Program-made: the position numbers and the translations under genes
Assembly (NCBI RefSeq): GCF_048403405.1
Contig: NZ_CP183129.1
DNA: 64,000 nucleotides
DNA from: Escherichia coli
GTDB taxonomy: Bacteria; Pseudomonadota; Gammaproteobacteria; Enterobacterales; Enterobacteriaceae
Direction: 5' to 3' (one strand)
Notes under the pieces: generated by a model
Told to the model about the DNA's origin: nothing
Databases searched by the model: none
The model's input: only the letters and a program-made list of their open reading frames with translations
Shown: one piece after another, positions 10,015 to 21,131 of the stretch
Position numbering within the stretch: position 1 is the stretch's first letter
How the letters are laid out: each line of letters begins with the position of its first letter

Positions 10015-10046
10015 GCGGAATGCGGTGTGGCGCACCGCATTCCGCA
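10015..10046. terminator. Hairpin between convergent DUF62-like gene and uvrD
   Basis: GGAATGCGGTGTGGCGCACCGCATTCC palindrome. Confidence 0.5.
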
Positions 10047-10049
10047 ACG

Positions 10050-12212
10050 TCACACCGTCTCCAACCGGGCGTAAGCCGCCACCAGCCATTTAATACCCTG
10101 GCCCTGGAACGCCACCTGCAAACGGCTATGCTCACCGCTGCCTTCCATATTGACGATGGTGCCTTCACCAAACTTAGCGTGGCGTACGCGCTGGCCGAGC
10201 TTGTAGCCGCTGTCGTTCTCGACCATCGGCGTACCCATCCGTTGATGGCTGACCGGGCGGCTTACCGTGGCGCGCAGGCGCACCTCTTCCACACACTCTT
10301 CCGGCAGCTCGCCGATAAAGCGCGATGGGCGATGGTAAACCTCTTTGCCATACAGACGGCGGGTTTCCGCGTAGGTCAGCGTCAGTTTCTGCATCGCGCG
10401 GGTTACGCCAACGTAGGCCAGACGGCGTTCTTCTTCCAGACGTCCGCCTTCATCCAGCGACATCTGGCTTGGGAACATGCCCTCTTCCATACCGACGATA
10501 AACACCTGCGGGAACTCCAGCCCTTTCGCCGAGTGTAGCGTCATCAACTGCACCGCATCCTGCCAGGTATCCGCCTGCCCCTCGCCCGCTTCCAGTGCCG
10601 CATGGGAGAGGAACGCCTGCAGCGGCATTAAATCTTCGTCTTCTTCGTTGTAGCTGAACTGGCGCGTCGCCGTTACCAGTTCCTCTAAGTTTTCGATACG
10701 CGTCTGGCCTTTTTCGCCTTTCTCCTGCTCGTACATGGTGCGCAGGCCGGAGTCTTTAATTACCCGGTCAGTCTGTACATGCAGCGGCATATCGGCAGTT
10801 TCCTGCGCTAAGGCGTCGATCAGTTCCATAAACCGCTGTAAGGCACTGGCAGCACGTCCGGCGAGGGCTTTTTCCTGCAACAGTTCACGACATGCCTGCC
10901 AGAGTGTTAACTGGCGATCGCGCGATGTCTGACGTACCACGTCCAGCGTCCGGTCACCAATACCCCGCGTTGGTGTATTCACCACGCGCTCAAAGGCCGC
11001 GTCGTCATTACGGTTGGCAATCAGGCGCAGATACGAGAGCGCATCTTTGATTTCCTGGCGTTCGAAGAATCGCATCCCGCCGTAAATACGGTACGGCATA
11101 CTTGCCTGTAACAGTGCTTCTTCCAGCACACGCGACTGGGCGTTGCTGCGGTAGAGAATGGCGCACTCGGCAAGCGCCCCGCCGTTGTCCTGCCAGGTTT
11201 TGATACGGTTAACCACAAAACGCGCTTCATCGAGTTCGTTAAAAGCGCAATAGAGGGAAATAGGCTCACCATCCGCGCCATCGGTCCACAGTTTTTTACC
11301 CAAACGCCCGTTGTTGTTTTCAATCAGGGCGTTCGCGGCGCTCAGAATATTGCTGGTAGAGCGGTAGTTCTGCTCCAGACGGATAGTTTCAGCACCGGGG
11401 AAATCATTGAGGAAACGCTGAATATTCTCCACCTGCGCTCCACGCCAGCCGTAGATTGACTGATCGTCATCGCCAACGATCATCACTTTGCCGGTATCGC
11501 CCGCCAGCAGGCGGATCCACGCATACTGAATGTTGTTGGTATCCTGGAATTCGTCCACCAGGATATTGGTAAACCGTTCGCGATAGTGCTGAAGGATATG
11601 CGGCTTGTTAAGCCACAACTCGTGAGCACGTAGCAGCAGCTCGGCGAAGTCCACCAGGCCCGCGCGGTCACACGCTTCCTGATACGCCTGATACACCTTC
11701 TGCCAGGTCTGCTCCACCGGATTACCGTAGCTTTGAATATGATGTGGACGCAGGCCTTCATCTTTCTGGCTGTTGATGTACCACATTGCCTGGCGCGGCG
11801 GCCACTGCTTCTCGTCGAGGTTCATCGCCTTGATTAGGCGTTTGAGCAGGCGTAGCTGGTCCTCGCTGTCGAGGATCTGAAAATCCTGCGGCAGATTGGC
11901 GTCCATATGGTGCGCACGCAGCAGACGGTGCGCCAGCCCGTGGAAGGTGCCGACCCACATGCCGCCCTGGCTGGTGCCCATCAGCTGCCCGATACGATGA
12001 CGCATCTCCGCCGCCGCTTTGTTGGTAAACGTTACCGCCATAATCGAATATGGCGAGCAGTTTTCCACGCTCATCAGCCAGGCGATACGGTGCACCAGTA
12101 CGCGCGTCTTACCACTGCCCGCGCCCGCCAGCACCAGAAGGTTGCTGCGTGGCGCGGCCACCGCTTCGCGCTGTTTGTCATTAAGGCTGTCGAGCAGGTA
12201 AGAAACGTCCAT
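10050..12212 (-). CDS. uvrD: DNA helicase II UvrD
   Basis: ORF 10050..12401; true start at internal MDVSYLLDSLNDKQREAVAAP (720 aa); Walker A AGAGSGKT. Confidence 0.95.
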   Translation of the reverse strand: MDVSYLLDSLNDKQREAVAAPRSNLLVLAGAGSGKTRVLVHRIAWLMSVENCSPYSIMAVTFTNKAAAEMRHRIGQLMGTSQGGMWVGTFHGLAHRLLRAHHMDANLPQDFQILDSEDQLRLLKRLIKAMNLDEKQWPPRQAMWYINSQKDEGLRPHHIQSYGNPVEQTWQKVYQAYQEACDRAGLVDFAELLLRAHELWLNKPHILQHYRERFTNILVDEFQDTNNIQYAWIRLLAGDTGKVMIVGDDDQSIYGWRGAQVENIQRFLNDFPGAETIRLEQNYRSTSNILSAANALIENNNGRLGKKLWTDGADGEPISLYCAFNELDEARFVVNRIKTWQDNGGALAECAILYRSNAQSRVLEEALLQASMPYRIYGGMRFFERQEIKDALSYLRLIANRNDDAAFERVVNTPTRGIGDRTLDVVRQTSRDRQLTLWQACRELLQEKALAGRAASALQRFMELIDALAQETADMPLHVQTDRVIKDSGLRTMYEQEKGEKGQTRIENLEELVTATRQFSYNEEDEDLMPLQAFLSHAALEAGEGQADTWQDAVQLMTLHSAKGLEFPQVFIVGMEEGMFPSQMSLDEGGRLEEERRLAYVGVTRAMQKLTLTYAETRRLYGKEVYHRPSRFIGELPEECVEEVRLRATVSRPVSHQRMGTPMVENDSGYKLGQRVRHAKFGEGTIVNMEGSGEHSRLQVAFQGQGIKWLVAAYARLETV

Positions 12213-12295
12213 TGGCACCGCCGCGTAAAAATAGGTTGGGCGGAGAAGCGCAACGCCCTCCGCCAAAAAGCTGGGTATATATACAGATTTGCTGA

Positions 12296-13012
12296 TTATA
12301 TCAGCGAGGTCAGAGATGCCAACCGGGAAATTTCCAGATGCGGGAGTAAACGGCTGTCCCAGGTTTGCATCAGATCGCCATTTTCCGGTCTGATCCAACA
12401 AGCCTGCATTCCGCTGCGAATTGCCCCACCCACGTCAGTGGTGAGATCGTCCCCAACATGTAAGATCTCGCCGATCGGCACGTTGAGTTTTTCCGCAGCC
12501 AGAAAGTACATATCGCTGAACGGTTTTGAGCGCCCGTGCGGGCCAGCGCGCAGCACAAACTCAAAATAATCCCCCAAACCAAACAGTTCCGGCTGGGCGT
12601 TACCGTTGGTGATCGCCACCAGCGGCCATTTCTTCGCCAGCTGTTTTAAGGTGTCGTGGGTTTGCTGCGGGACATCGATTCGGCTGCGCCATTTGGCAAA
12701 GTTGATCATTGCCGCGTGTGCGCCTGCACTGGCTTCTTCGGCACTCAGCCCGGCGTCGAGCATGGCTTGTTCAATCGAACGAAAACGCCAGCGCGTCACG
12801 TCGTGATAAATCTCGGGTTCCGCTTCCCGTACCGCCTGGCGCAGGCGTTGCAGATCTTCATTCTGGAAGCTGCGCAGCGCCGGATGATAATTTTGCACAA
12901 AGGTAAGCGCCTCTCGCTCGGTGCGCAAAATCACCGGACGGTTATCGTAAAGGGTATCATCCAGGTCAAAGGTGAGCGCCGAGATGCGCCCCAAAGGCCG
13001 GTAAAAACGCAT
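12296..13012 (-). CDS. yigB: HAD-family phosphatase YigB
   Basis: 238-aa ORF with HAD motif ([11 protein letters not shown]); last gene of dapF-yigA-xerC-yigB operon. Confidence 0.9.
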
Positions 13013-13908
13013 TATTTCCCCCGTTTGGCGCGTGGATGCGCCGCATCGTACACCGAGGCAAGGTGTTGAAAATCAAGATGAGTATAGATTTGCGTGGTGG
13101 AGAGGTTGGCATGACCCAGCAGCTCCTGCACACCACGAAGATCGCCGCTCGACTCCAGCATATGCGTAGCGAACGAGTGACGTAATTTATGCGGGTGAAC
13201 GTGATTATTCAGCCCTTGTTTTATGCCCCATTCGGCAAAGCGTTTCTGCACATTACGCGCGGAGATACGCTTGCCCAGTTTCGACAGAAAAAGCGCGTCG
13301 TCTTCGCTACCAAACAGGTCGCGCAAATCAAGCCAGTGCTCAATCCACGCCACAGCGTTGCGACCAATCGGCAGGCGGCGCTCTTTGCTGCCTTTTCCCA
13401 TCACCCACACTTCGCCGGACTCCAGGTCGAGGTGTTTGATATCGAGCCCCACCAGTTCGGAAAGACGCAGACCCGCGCCGTACATCACTTCCAGCATTGC
13501 CCGATCGCGCACGGCGAGGGGATCGTTGATATCAATATCCAGCAGCCGATTCATATCATCGACGTCGATGTTTTTCGGCAGATGACGCGGCGCTTTCGGT
13601 GCCGAAACACCTTTCGCCGGGTTGGCTTTGAGCTCGTTCTGGCTGACCAGCCAGTCAAAAAAGCTACGTAGCGCAGAAAGCCGTAACGCCAGACTTGCAG
13701 CTCCCAGCCCTTTACGGCGACTGCGTACAGCGAAATTGCGCACCATCGTCACATCACATTGCTGCCAGCTTTGCAGGCCGTTTTCGCTGGCAAAATTGAT
13801 GATCGCCTCAAGCTGACGCTGGTAGTTAAGCAGGGTTATCGGGCTTAGCTGGCGCTCCACGCTCAGATAACGTAGGTAGCGTTCTACATCGGTGTGTAAA
13901 TCGGTCAT
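13012..13908 (-). CDS. xerC: Tyrosine site-specific recombinase XerC
   Basis: 298-aa ORF; C-terminal HxxR...Y catalytic region ([11 protein letters not shown]...TTQIYTHL). Confidence 0.95.
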
Positions 13909-14612
13909 ACGCGTTCAATCCAACGCTCCAGAAGCTCCGGCAACATCAGCGCAATTTCATGAAGTAACTGCGTTCCCTGCCCTTGTTGATAGTGACTGGC
14001 ATCGCGACTGGTAAACAGCACAACACCCAAATCAGCATCGCTTCCCAGCATCGACATCGCCACCGATCCCACCGCTTTCGCTTCAGGTAGCACCACCAGC
14101 AACTCCGGCCCGTTAAGCGGCCCAAGATAGTGCTGTTCCTGCCCCAGACGCTGAATACGCAGCGGTTCGAAAGACTGACGGCTTAATGCCAGATGAGTGT
14201 AGTTCGACGGTGCACCTAAACGCCAGCGATCCGGGAACAGGCGCAGACTCGCACCCGCCAGGCCGAGATCGCGCGCCCAGCGGTGAAAGCGCATCAGCAT
14301 ATCGTCGAGACTGCTGGCGGCGGTGAGACTACGCTGCAGGTAGAGTAAGCGATAAAACAGGCCTTCGTTGGCGATAGCCTGTTCCATCAACAGCGCCATG
14401 TTCTCTTCCAGAACATGAATATGATTACGTGCGCGGGCCATGTGCCATTCGACCAACGAAACGGTGCCGCGTACCGGATGCGGCACACGTATCGCTTCAA
14501 CTGCGCGCGCATTGCGGATAAAAAACTCAGGATTTTTAATCAGATAATCGACAACCGCCCGGTCATCAAGCTCCGTGAGTGTTTCCTGCAGTTCTTCCCC
14601 TGGTTGCTTCAT
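13905..14612 (-). CDS. yigA: DUF484-family protein YigA
   Basis: 235-aa ORF overlapping xerC start by 4 nt and dapF stop by 4 nt. Confidence 0.88.
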
Positions 14613-15433
14613 AGATGAATAAATCCGTCGTAGACATGTACCGCCGGGCCAGTCATATATAACGGGTGACCCGGACCTTTCCAGGCGATATCAAGACGAC
14701 CGCCGGGGAGTTCCACGCGTACTTCTTCGGCCAGCAAACCTTGCTGGATCCCTACCGCCACCGCCGCACATGCGCCGCTGCCGCAGGCCTGGGTTTCTCC
14801 TGCCCCACGCTCATAAACGCGTAAACGAATATGCTCGCGCTTAACCACTTGCATAAAACCGATATTGGCGCGCTCCGGAAAACGCTCATGGCTTTCCAGA
14901 ACAGGACCAAGCGTTTCTACCGCCGCAGTATCGACATCATCGACCTGAATCACGCAGTGCGGATTTCCCATCGACACCACGCCACATAAGATTGTCTGCT
15001 CGGCGGCGCGCATAATATAGGTCTTTTCCGCTTTGTTAGCGCGAAACGGCACAGCGGAAGGTTCGAAGTTGGGCTCGCCCATGTTTACGCGAACCAGATC
15101 ATCATCGGTGACGGTCAGAACCATCCGCCCGTTGGCGGTGCTGACGCGGATATCGCGCTTATTGGTCAGCCCTTTCAGACGCACAAAACGGGCAAAGCAG
15201 CGCGCGCCGTTGCCGCACTGCGCCACTTCACTGCCATCAGCATTGAAAATGCGATAGTGAAAATCCAGTTCAGGATCATACGGTGGCTCAACCACCAGCA
15301 GTTGGTCAAACCCTACCCCCAGGTGCCGATCCGCCAGGCGACGAATCAGCTCCGGTGAAAAAAAGACATTCTGCGTTACCGCGTCGACGACCATAAAATC
15401 GTTGCCAAGGCCATGCATTTTCGAGAACTGCAT
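14609..15433 (-). CDS. dapF: Diaminopimelate epimerase DapF
   Basis: ORF 14609..15436; start at second Met ([18 protein letters not shown]), 274 aa. Confidence 0.94.
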
Positions 15434-15469
15434 CATTTACTCCAATCACGCGGGTACAGAAACTGACTT

Positions 15470-15673
15470 TTAGTAATTCACCTGGGATGGACCATCGCCA
15501 GTGGCGCGGTCGTTTTTATCCGGCACTGTGGATTGCGTTTGCGTCTCTACCGGTTTGGTCGGCGGCGGTGCGTTTTTATCTGCAGGCGGGAAATAGAGCG
15601 GACCTTTCAGACCGCAGCCCGTCAGGCTGAAGAGAGTAAGTAATACAGTGAGTGCCTTAAACACGTTTTTCAT
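15470..15673 (-). CDS. yifL: Small lipoprotein YifL
   Basis: 67-aa ORF with lipobox LTGC (MKNVFKALTVLLTLFSLTGC). Confidence 0.85.
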   Translation of the reverse strand: MKNVFKALTVLLTLFSLTGCGLKGPLYFPPADKNAPPPTKPVETQTQSTVPDKNDRATGDGPSQVNY

Positions 15674-16138
15674 TATGGATTGCCTGTAAAGTTCATCGCT
15701 TTCTGCTTTCTATCATCGCAGGAGAAGGCGTAAAAGCAAGCGTTTAGCGACTCTTTATGAAGTCTGAAAAGTGAGGAAATGCTGCGAGTATAACGCTTAC
15801 TCGTGGCGATTTATGTTTTGCTGGTAGTTTCGTGATCGGCACCTCGCGCCAGGATGGCTTTATGCACTATCGCAATGTGGTTTGTTTGTTGGCTTGTTCG
15901 TTGTTTTTATCGTCGGCATGGGGATGTCGGCTTGATGAGCGGAACATAATATTTACCAGAAACAGGGAAAAGGCGTGGTGTATTTGCGCCCTTATGAAAA
16001 GACCAATCTTTCGCTATATAGAGACATTATTATTCCGTTGACGGATGAATCATGCCAGAACGCAGCAGACGAGCAAACTTTGAAGCCCTGACCCCATGCC
16101 GCTATACTGCCGCCATCACTTAAAAACAGGATACAACA

Positions 16139-16459
16139 ATGAACGACAGTGAATTTCATCGCCTGGCTGATCAACTGTGGCTGACCATTGAAGAGCGTCT
16201 GGACGACTGGGATGGCGACAGCGATATCGACTGTGAAATCAACGGCGGTGTACTAACCATTACCTTTGAGAACGGCAGCAAAATCATTATCAACCGCCAG
16301 GAACCGCTGCACCAGGTATGGCTGGCAACCAAACAGGGCGGCTACCATTTTGATCTGAAAGGCGATGAGTGGATTTGCGATCGTAGCGGCGAAACCTTCT
16401 GGGATTTGCTGGAACAGGCGGCAACGCAGCAAGCGGGTGAAACAGTCAGTTTCCGCTAA
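16139..16459 (+). CDS. cyaY: Frataxin homologue CyaY (iron-sulfur cluster assembly)
   Basis: 106-aa acidic ORF; matches CyaY as recalled. Confidence 0.93.
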
Positions 16460-16498
16460 GATTGCATGCCGGATAAGCCTCGCTTTCCGGCACGCTCA

Positions 16499-19045
16499 TC
16501 ACGAAAAATACTGCTGTAATAGCGGCGTGTCGTGATCCTGATTGGCAGGCGGCATGTTGCCAATCGATTTGGTGCGGAACGGAATCACCTGTTCACGACC
16601 ATCAACCTTCACAATCTGATAGAACTGCGGCAGGTTGAAGTTGATGAAGCTTGAGCCGTAGGTAAAACGGTCGTGCGATGACGAGTAGAAGCGACTGACG
16701 TCACGCACCAGCTCCTCTTTGCTGCCTTCGCAGTGGTGATACACCTCAACCCGGTTGCTTTCGTCGAGAATGTAGATATTAAAGCCATTTTCGTCTTGCG
16801 TTTCTTCGAAGAAGAACTGGATGATCCCTTCGCTGGCAAAGCCGTCCACCACCGCCGGTAATTTGACGTGATTGGTTTCAACCTGCACTGACAGGCCGTG
16901 CAGTTTGTTATGCGAAATAGCGCCATAAAACTCGATGGCATTTTCTAGTTTCTGTACCGATACATTCAGGCGCTCGAAGAATAAGCCCCAGGTTTGACCA
17001 GAAACGCGCAGCGCCTTGAAGCGCCCGGTTTCCTGGCGGGTGCTGGAAAGACGCAGTTCAATGCACTCAGAAACCAGTTGCTGCACGCGAGTACGGATTA
17101 ATCCGCGCAGATGCTGGCTGTAGCAGAAGACTTCCACGCTATCTGGCGGTGCTGCGTCCTGATGCATTTTACCGAGAATGGTTTTCAGGGCTTCGATCAT
17201 CGACTGCTCGCCGTTGAAGTGCAACGTACGCACTTCGTTCCACGAGTTGCGGTACAGCAGGTCCACGCTACCTACCAGGCAATTTTGATTCTCGCCAAAG
17301 CTGAAGACATCCAGCTTACGGAAATCGAAATGCACCACCTGATTGCGGAACGCAGCTGTCGGGTCATATTCCAGGTTAACGATAATCGCCAGATGGCGAA
17401 TTTCACACGGGCTGTAGAGCGCTTTTGGCGTCGGTGCAGGCAGGCGCAGCGGGAAATGGTGTGACACATCGGCGACCATCTCCTGCAACTTAGGCAAATC
17501 GACAATGCCGTTGCCTTTAATATACAAGCGGGTACGCGAGGTCAGCAGGCCGTTAAACCATGCCCACGCCACCAGTTTATTCAGGTAACGGTTATATTCC
17601 AGCGGCTGATGGCTGATGATCGACTCAATATTTGGCGCGCGGTTATACAGATACCAACCTGAACGGTTAGCCCGGCCCGGCGGCACATAAATAAAGGTCA
17701 GATTCGGTTCCGAGAGATCGGGCGAAATCTGCGGGTTTACCAGCGTCACTTTACCTGGCAATGCTTCAAACGCGGCGTACAGTTTACGCGTCAGCACGCC
17801 GATATCCTGCGGACTGGCGGAGACGCTAAGGTTATTGCGACGCGCAAAGCGGATCAGATTACGGTAGCTCTGCATCATCGCGTCGAGCAGCTCGTTGTGC
17901 GCCTCACGCACCTGATCAATCTTCCAGTTAGCGCGGTTATCGAGCATTGCCAGACGAGCTTCGTCCCAACCCCACTCGCTCACTAACTGGCTCAACACTG
18001 CGCGACGCCAGCCTACACAGGCGCGTTCACGGCTGAGTTTTTCGCACACTTTTAAATAGAAGCAGCGACGCACTAAATCCAGACGGGTGAAATCTTCAAT
18101 CGCCGTCAGGTATTCAGTAACACGCTCCAGCATCATGCAGTATGGATCGAGGCCAAACGATACAATCTCGCCGTCGTGCAAACGCTGTTTGATATCTTTC
18201 GCCAGCAGACGTGGGTTCGGGTATTCCCAGGAATAGGCTTCCAGCAGCAGTGTTTTCAGCACCGCTTTGTATGGGGAATCAATACTCTTGTAGAGCTGCC
18301 AAAGGCTGGCACCAAAGTACTCTTCAGCAGAAAGTGAGCTTAAACCACCGAGATCCAGCCATTCATTTGGCGTCAGCACGCCCTGCGCGTAAAGCGTCAT
18401 CACATAGTCGTCGTAATGCTCTTCTTCGTCGCACGGCACCATATTCCACAGAATACGCTTACCAGCGAGACGCACGGCGGTACGGTAAAATTCGTCAAGC
18501 AGCAGTATATGCTGGGTGGAGCCACAATCTTCGCCCCCCAGGCTGCCGCTTTCATTATGACGGAAGCGATTTTCATCAATCAGGAAGAAGCTAACTTCCA
18601 CGCCCAGCGAGGCGGCCCAGCTTTCCAGCAGACTGCATTTACGTTGTAGTAACTGGCGCTCTTCGCTATCAAGCCAGGATTGATGACAGACCCAGATATC
18701 CAGGTCAGAGGAACAACTTTGCCCTACGGACGAGGTGCTGCCCATGGTGTATACACCAGTAATTGGAAGCTCACCTTTCGGCGGATCCTGTACTGACATT
18801 CCACGATACAGTTCAAGCTCGTTCAGGTAGTGGCGTTGAGTTTCATCAGGCGTGTAAAGGCAAATGCCTTTGGGAACGTTACCATCAAGGTAACCCGGCA
18901 TTAGCGGATGGTGATAGTGCAACAATGTCGGCAGTAGACTGTAGACCTGTTGGAATGCAGGCCCCATAGCAGCAAGCGCGCGATCCACACGCAATTGATT
19001 TATGGCATCCAGTCTCTGTTTCAGAGTCTCAATATAGAGGTACAA
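16499..19045 (-). CDS. cyaA: Adenylate cyclase CyaA (class I)
   Basis: 848-aa ORF starting with TTG (revcomp of 19043-19045), as known for cyaA; N-terminus [19 protein letters not shown]. Confidence 0.95.
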   Translation of the reverse strand: MYLYIETLKQRLDAINQLRVDRALAAMGPAFQQVYSLLPTLLHYHHPLMPGYLDGNVPKGICLYTPDETQRHYLNELELYRGMSVQDPPKGELPITGVYTMGSTSSVGQSCSSDLDIWVCHQSWLDSEERQLLQRKCSLLESWAASLGVEVSFFLIDENRFRHNESGSLGGEDCGSTQHILLLDEFYRTAVRLAGKRILWNMVPCDEEEHYDDYVMTLYAQGVLTPNEWLDLGGLSSLSAEEYFGASLWQLYKSIDSPYKAVLKTLLLEAYSWEYPNPRLLAKDIKQRLHDGEIVSFGLDPYCMMLERVTEYLTAIEDFTRLDLVRRCFYLKVCEKLSRERACVGWRRAVLSQLVSEWGWDEARLAMLDNRANWKIDQVREAHNELLDAMMQSYRNLIRFARRNNLSVSASPQDIGVLTRKLYAAFEALPGKVTLVNPQISPDLSEPNLTFIYVPPGRANRSGWYLYNRAPNIESIISHQPLEYNRYLNKLVAWAWFNGLLTSRTRLYIKGNGIVDLPKLQEMVADVSHHFPLRLPAPTPKALYSPCEIRHLAIIVNLEYDPTAAFRNQVVHFDFRKLDVFSFGENQNCLVGSVDLLYRNSWNEVRTLHFNGEQSMIEALKTILGKMHQDAAPPDSVEVFCYSQHLRGLIRTRVQQLVSECIELRLSSTRQETGRFKALRVSGQTWGLFFERLNVSVQKLENAIEFYGAISHNKLHGLSVQVETNHVKLPAVVDGFASEGIIQFFFEETQDENGFNIYILDESNRVEVYHHCEGSKEELVRDVSRFYSSSHDRFTYGSSFINFNLPQFYQIVKVDGREQVIPFRTKSIGNMPPANQDHDTPLLQQYFS

Positions 19046-19431
19046 GACGTATCGCCTGATTTGCTACCCGTCATGACTGTGATTCCGCCAACATCAACGG
19101 TAACACGCGGCATTCGGGATATTTCGTATGTCAAAGGTAACCGTTACCACTTTTCGCGCCTGGTTTTTTTAGTTTCACGACGAAAAAATGGTCTAAAACG
19201 TGATCAATTTAACACCTTGCTGATTGACCGTAAAGAAAGATGCGCTACATACAAGTGTAGCACCGTTTATTCTCTGTAAATTCCTTATTACGACGGCGTG
19301 AAACGCCTGTCAGGATCCACTGCCAGACCTCATTTTACGGTTTGCGCAGGCGTCTACGTTTCACCACAACACTGACATCGCTCTGGCAAGGATGTTAGGA
19401 TGGACCACGGATGATAATGACGGTAACAAGC

Positions 19432-20373
19432 ATGTTAGACAATGTTTTAAGAATTGCCACACGCCAAAGCCCACTTGCACTCTGGCAGGCACACTATGTC
19501 AAAGACAAGTTGATGGCGAGCCATCCGGGCCTGGTCGTTGAACTGGTACCGATGGTGACGCGCGGCGATGTGATTCTTGATACGCCGCTGGCGAAAGTAG
19601 GCGGAAAAGGCTTATTTGTAAAAGAGCTGGAAGTCGCGCTCCTCGAAAATCGCGCCGATATCGCCGTACATTCAATGAAAGATGTGCCGGTTGAATTCCC
19701 GCAAGGTCTGGGGCTGGTCACTATTTGTGAGCGTGAAGATCCTCGCGATGCCTTTGTGTCCAATAACTATGACAGTCTGGATGCGTTACCGGCAGGCAGT
19801 ATCGTCGGGACGTCCAGTTTACGTCGCCAGTGCCAACTGGCTGAACGCCGCCCGGATCTGATTATCCGCTCCCTGCGCGGCAACGTCGGCACTCGCCTGA
19901 GCAAACTGGATAACGGCGAATACGATGCCATCATTCTTGCCGTAGCCGGACTAAAACGTTTAGGTCTGGAGTCACGCATTCGCGCCGCGTTGCCACCCGA
20001 GATTTCTCTTCCGGCGGTAGGACAAGGTGCGGTGGGCATTGAATGCCGCCTTGATGATACACGCACTCGCGAGCTGCTTGCCGCGCTGAATCACCACGAA
20101 ACTGCACTGCGCGTTACCGCAGAACGCGCCATGAATACCCGTCTCGAAGGCGGATGTCAGGTACCAATTGGTAGCTACGCCGAGCTTATTGATGGCGAAA
20201 TCTGGCTGCGTGCGCTGGTCGGCGCGCCGGACGGTTCGCAGATTATTCGCGGTGAACGCCGCGGTGCGCCGCAAGATGCCGAACAAATGGGGATTTCGCT
20301 GGCAGAAGAGCTACTGAATAACGGCGCGCGCGAGATCCTTGCTGAAGTCTATAACGGAGACGCCCCGGCATGA
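19432..20373 (+). CDS. hemC: Porphobilinogen deaminase HemC
   Basis: ORF 19411..20373; start set at [19 protein letters not shown] (313 aa). Confidence 0.93.
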
Positions 20374-21110
20374 GTATCTTGGTCACCCGCCCGTCTCCCG
20401 CTGGAGAAGAGTTAGTGAGCCGTCTGCGCACACTGGGGCAGGTGGCCTGGCATTTTCCGCTGATTGAGTTTTCTCCGGGTCGACAATTACCGCAACTTGC
20501 TGATCAACTTGCAGCGCTGGGGGAGAGGGATCTGTTGTTTGCCCTCTCGCAACACGCGGTTGCTTTTGCCCAATCACAGCTGCATCAGCAAGATCGTAAA
20601 TGGCCCCGACTACCTGATTATTTCGCCATTGGACGCACCACCGCACTGGCGCTACATACCGTAAGCGGACAGAAGATTCTCTACCCGCAGGATCGGGAAA
20701 TCAGCGAAGTCTTGCTACAATTACCTGAATTACAAAATATTGCGGGCAAACGTGCGCTGATATTACGTGGCAATGGCGGTCGTGAGCTAATTGGGGATAC
20801 CCTGACGGCGCGCGGTGCTGAGGTCACTTTTTGTGAATGTTATCAACGATGCGCAATCCATTACGATGGTGCAGAAGAAGCGATGCGCTGGCAATCCCGC
20901 GAGGTGACGACGGTCGTTGTTACCAGCGGTGAAATGTTGCAGCAACTCTGGTCGCTGATCCCACAATGGTATCGTGAGCACTGGTTACTACACTGTCGAC
21001 TATTGGTCGTCAGTGAGCGTTTGGCGAAACTCGCCCGGGAACTGGGCTGGCAAGACATTAAGGTCGCCGATAACGCTGACAACGATGCGCTTTTACGGGC
21101 ATTACAATAA
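20370..21110 (+). CDS. hemD: Uroporphyrinogen-III synthase HemD
   Basis: 246-aa ORF overlapping hemC stop by 4 nt. Confidence 0.93.
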
Positions 21111-21131
21111 CTCTCATAACAGGAAGCCATA

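Noticed and set aside
10050-12401. N-terminal extensions in the longest-ORF track (uvrD 783 aa, rho 443 aa, trxA 144 aa, ilvC 565 aa, ilvE 331 aa, rep 690 aa, aslB 421 aa)
   Set aside because: The known protein N-termini occur at internal Met/Val codons with proper spacing; the extensions run through upstream leader or regulatory sequence (for example rhoL and the ilvY-ilvC control region), so they are ORF-calling artefacts rather than novel isoforms.
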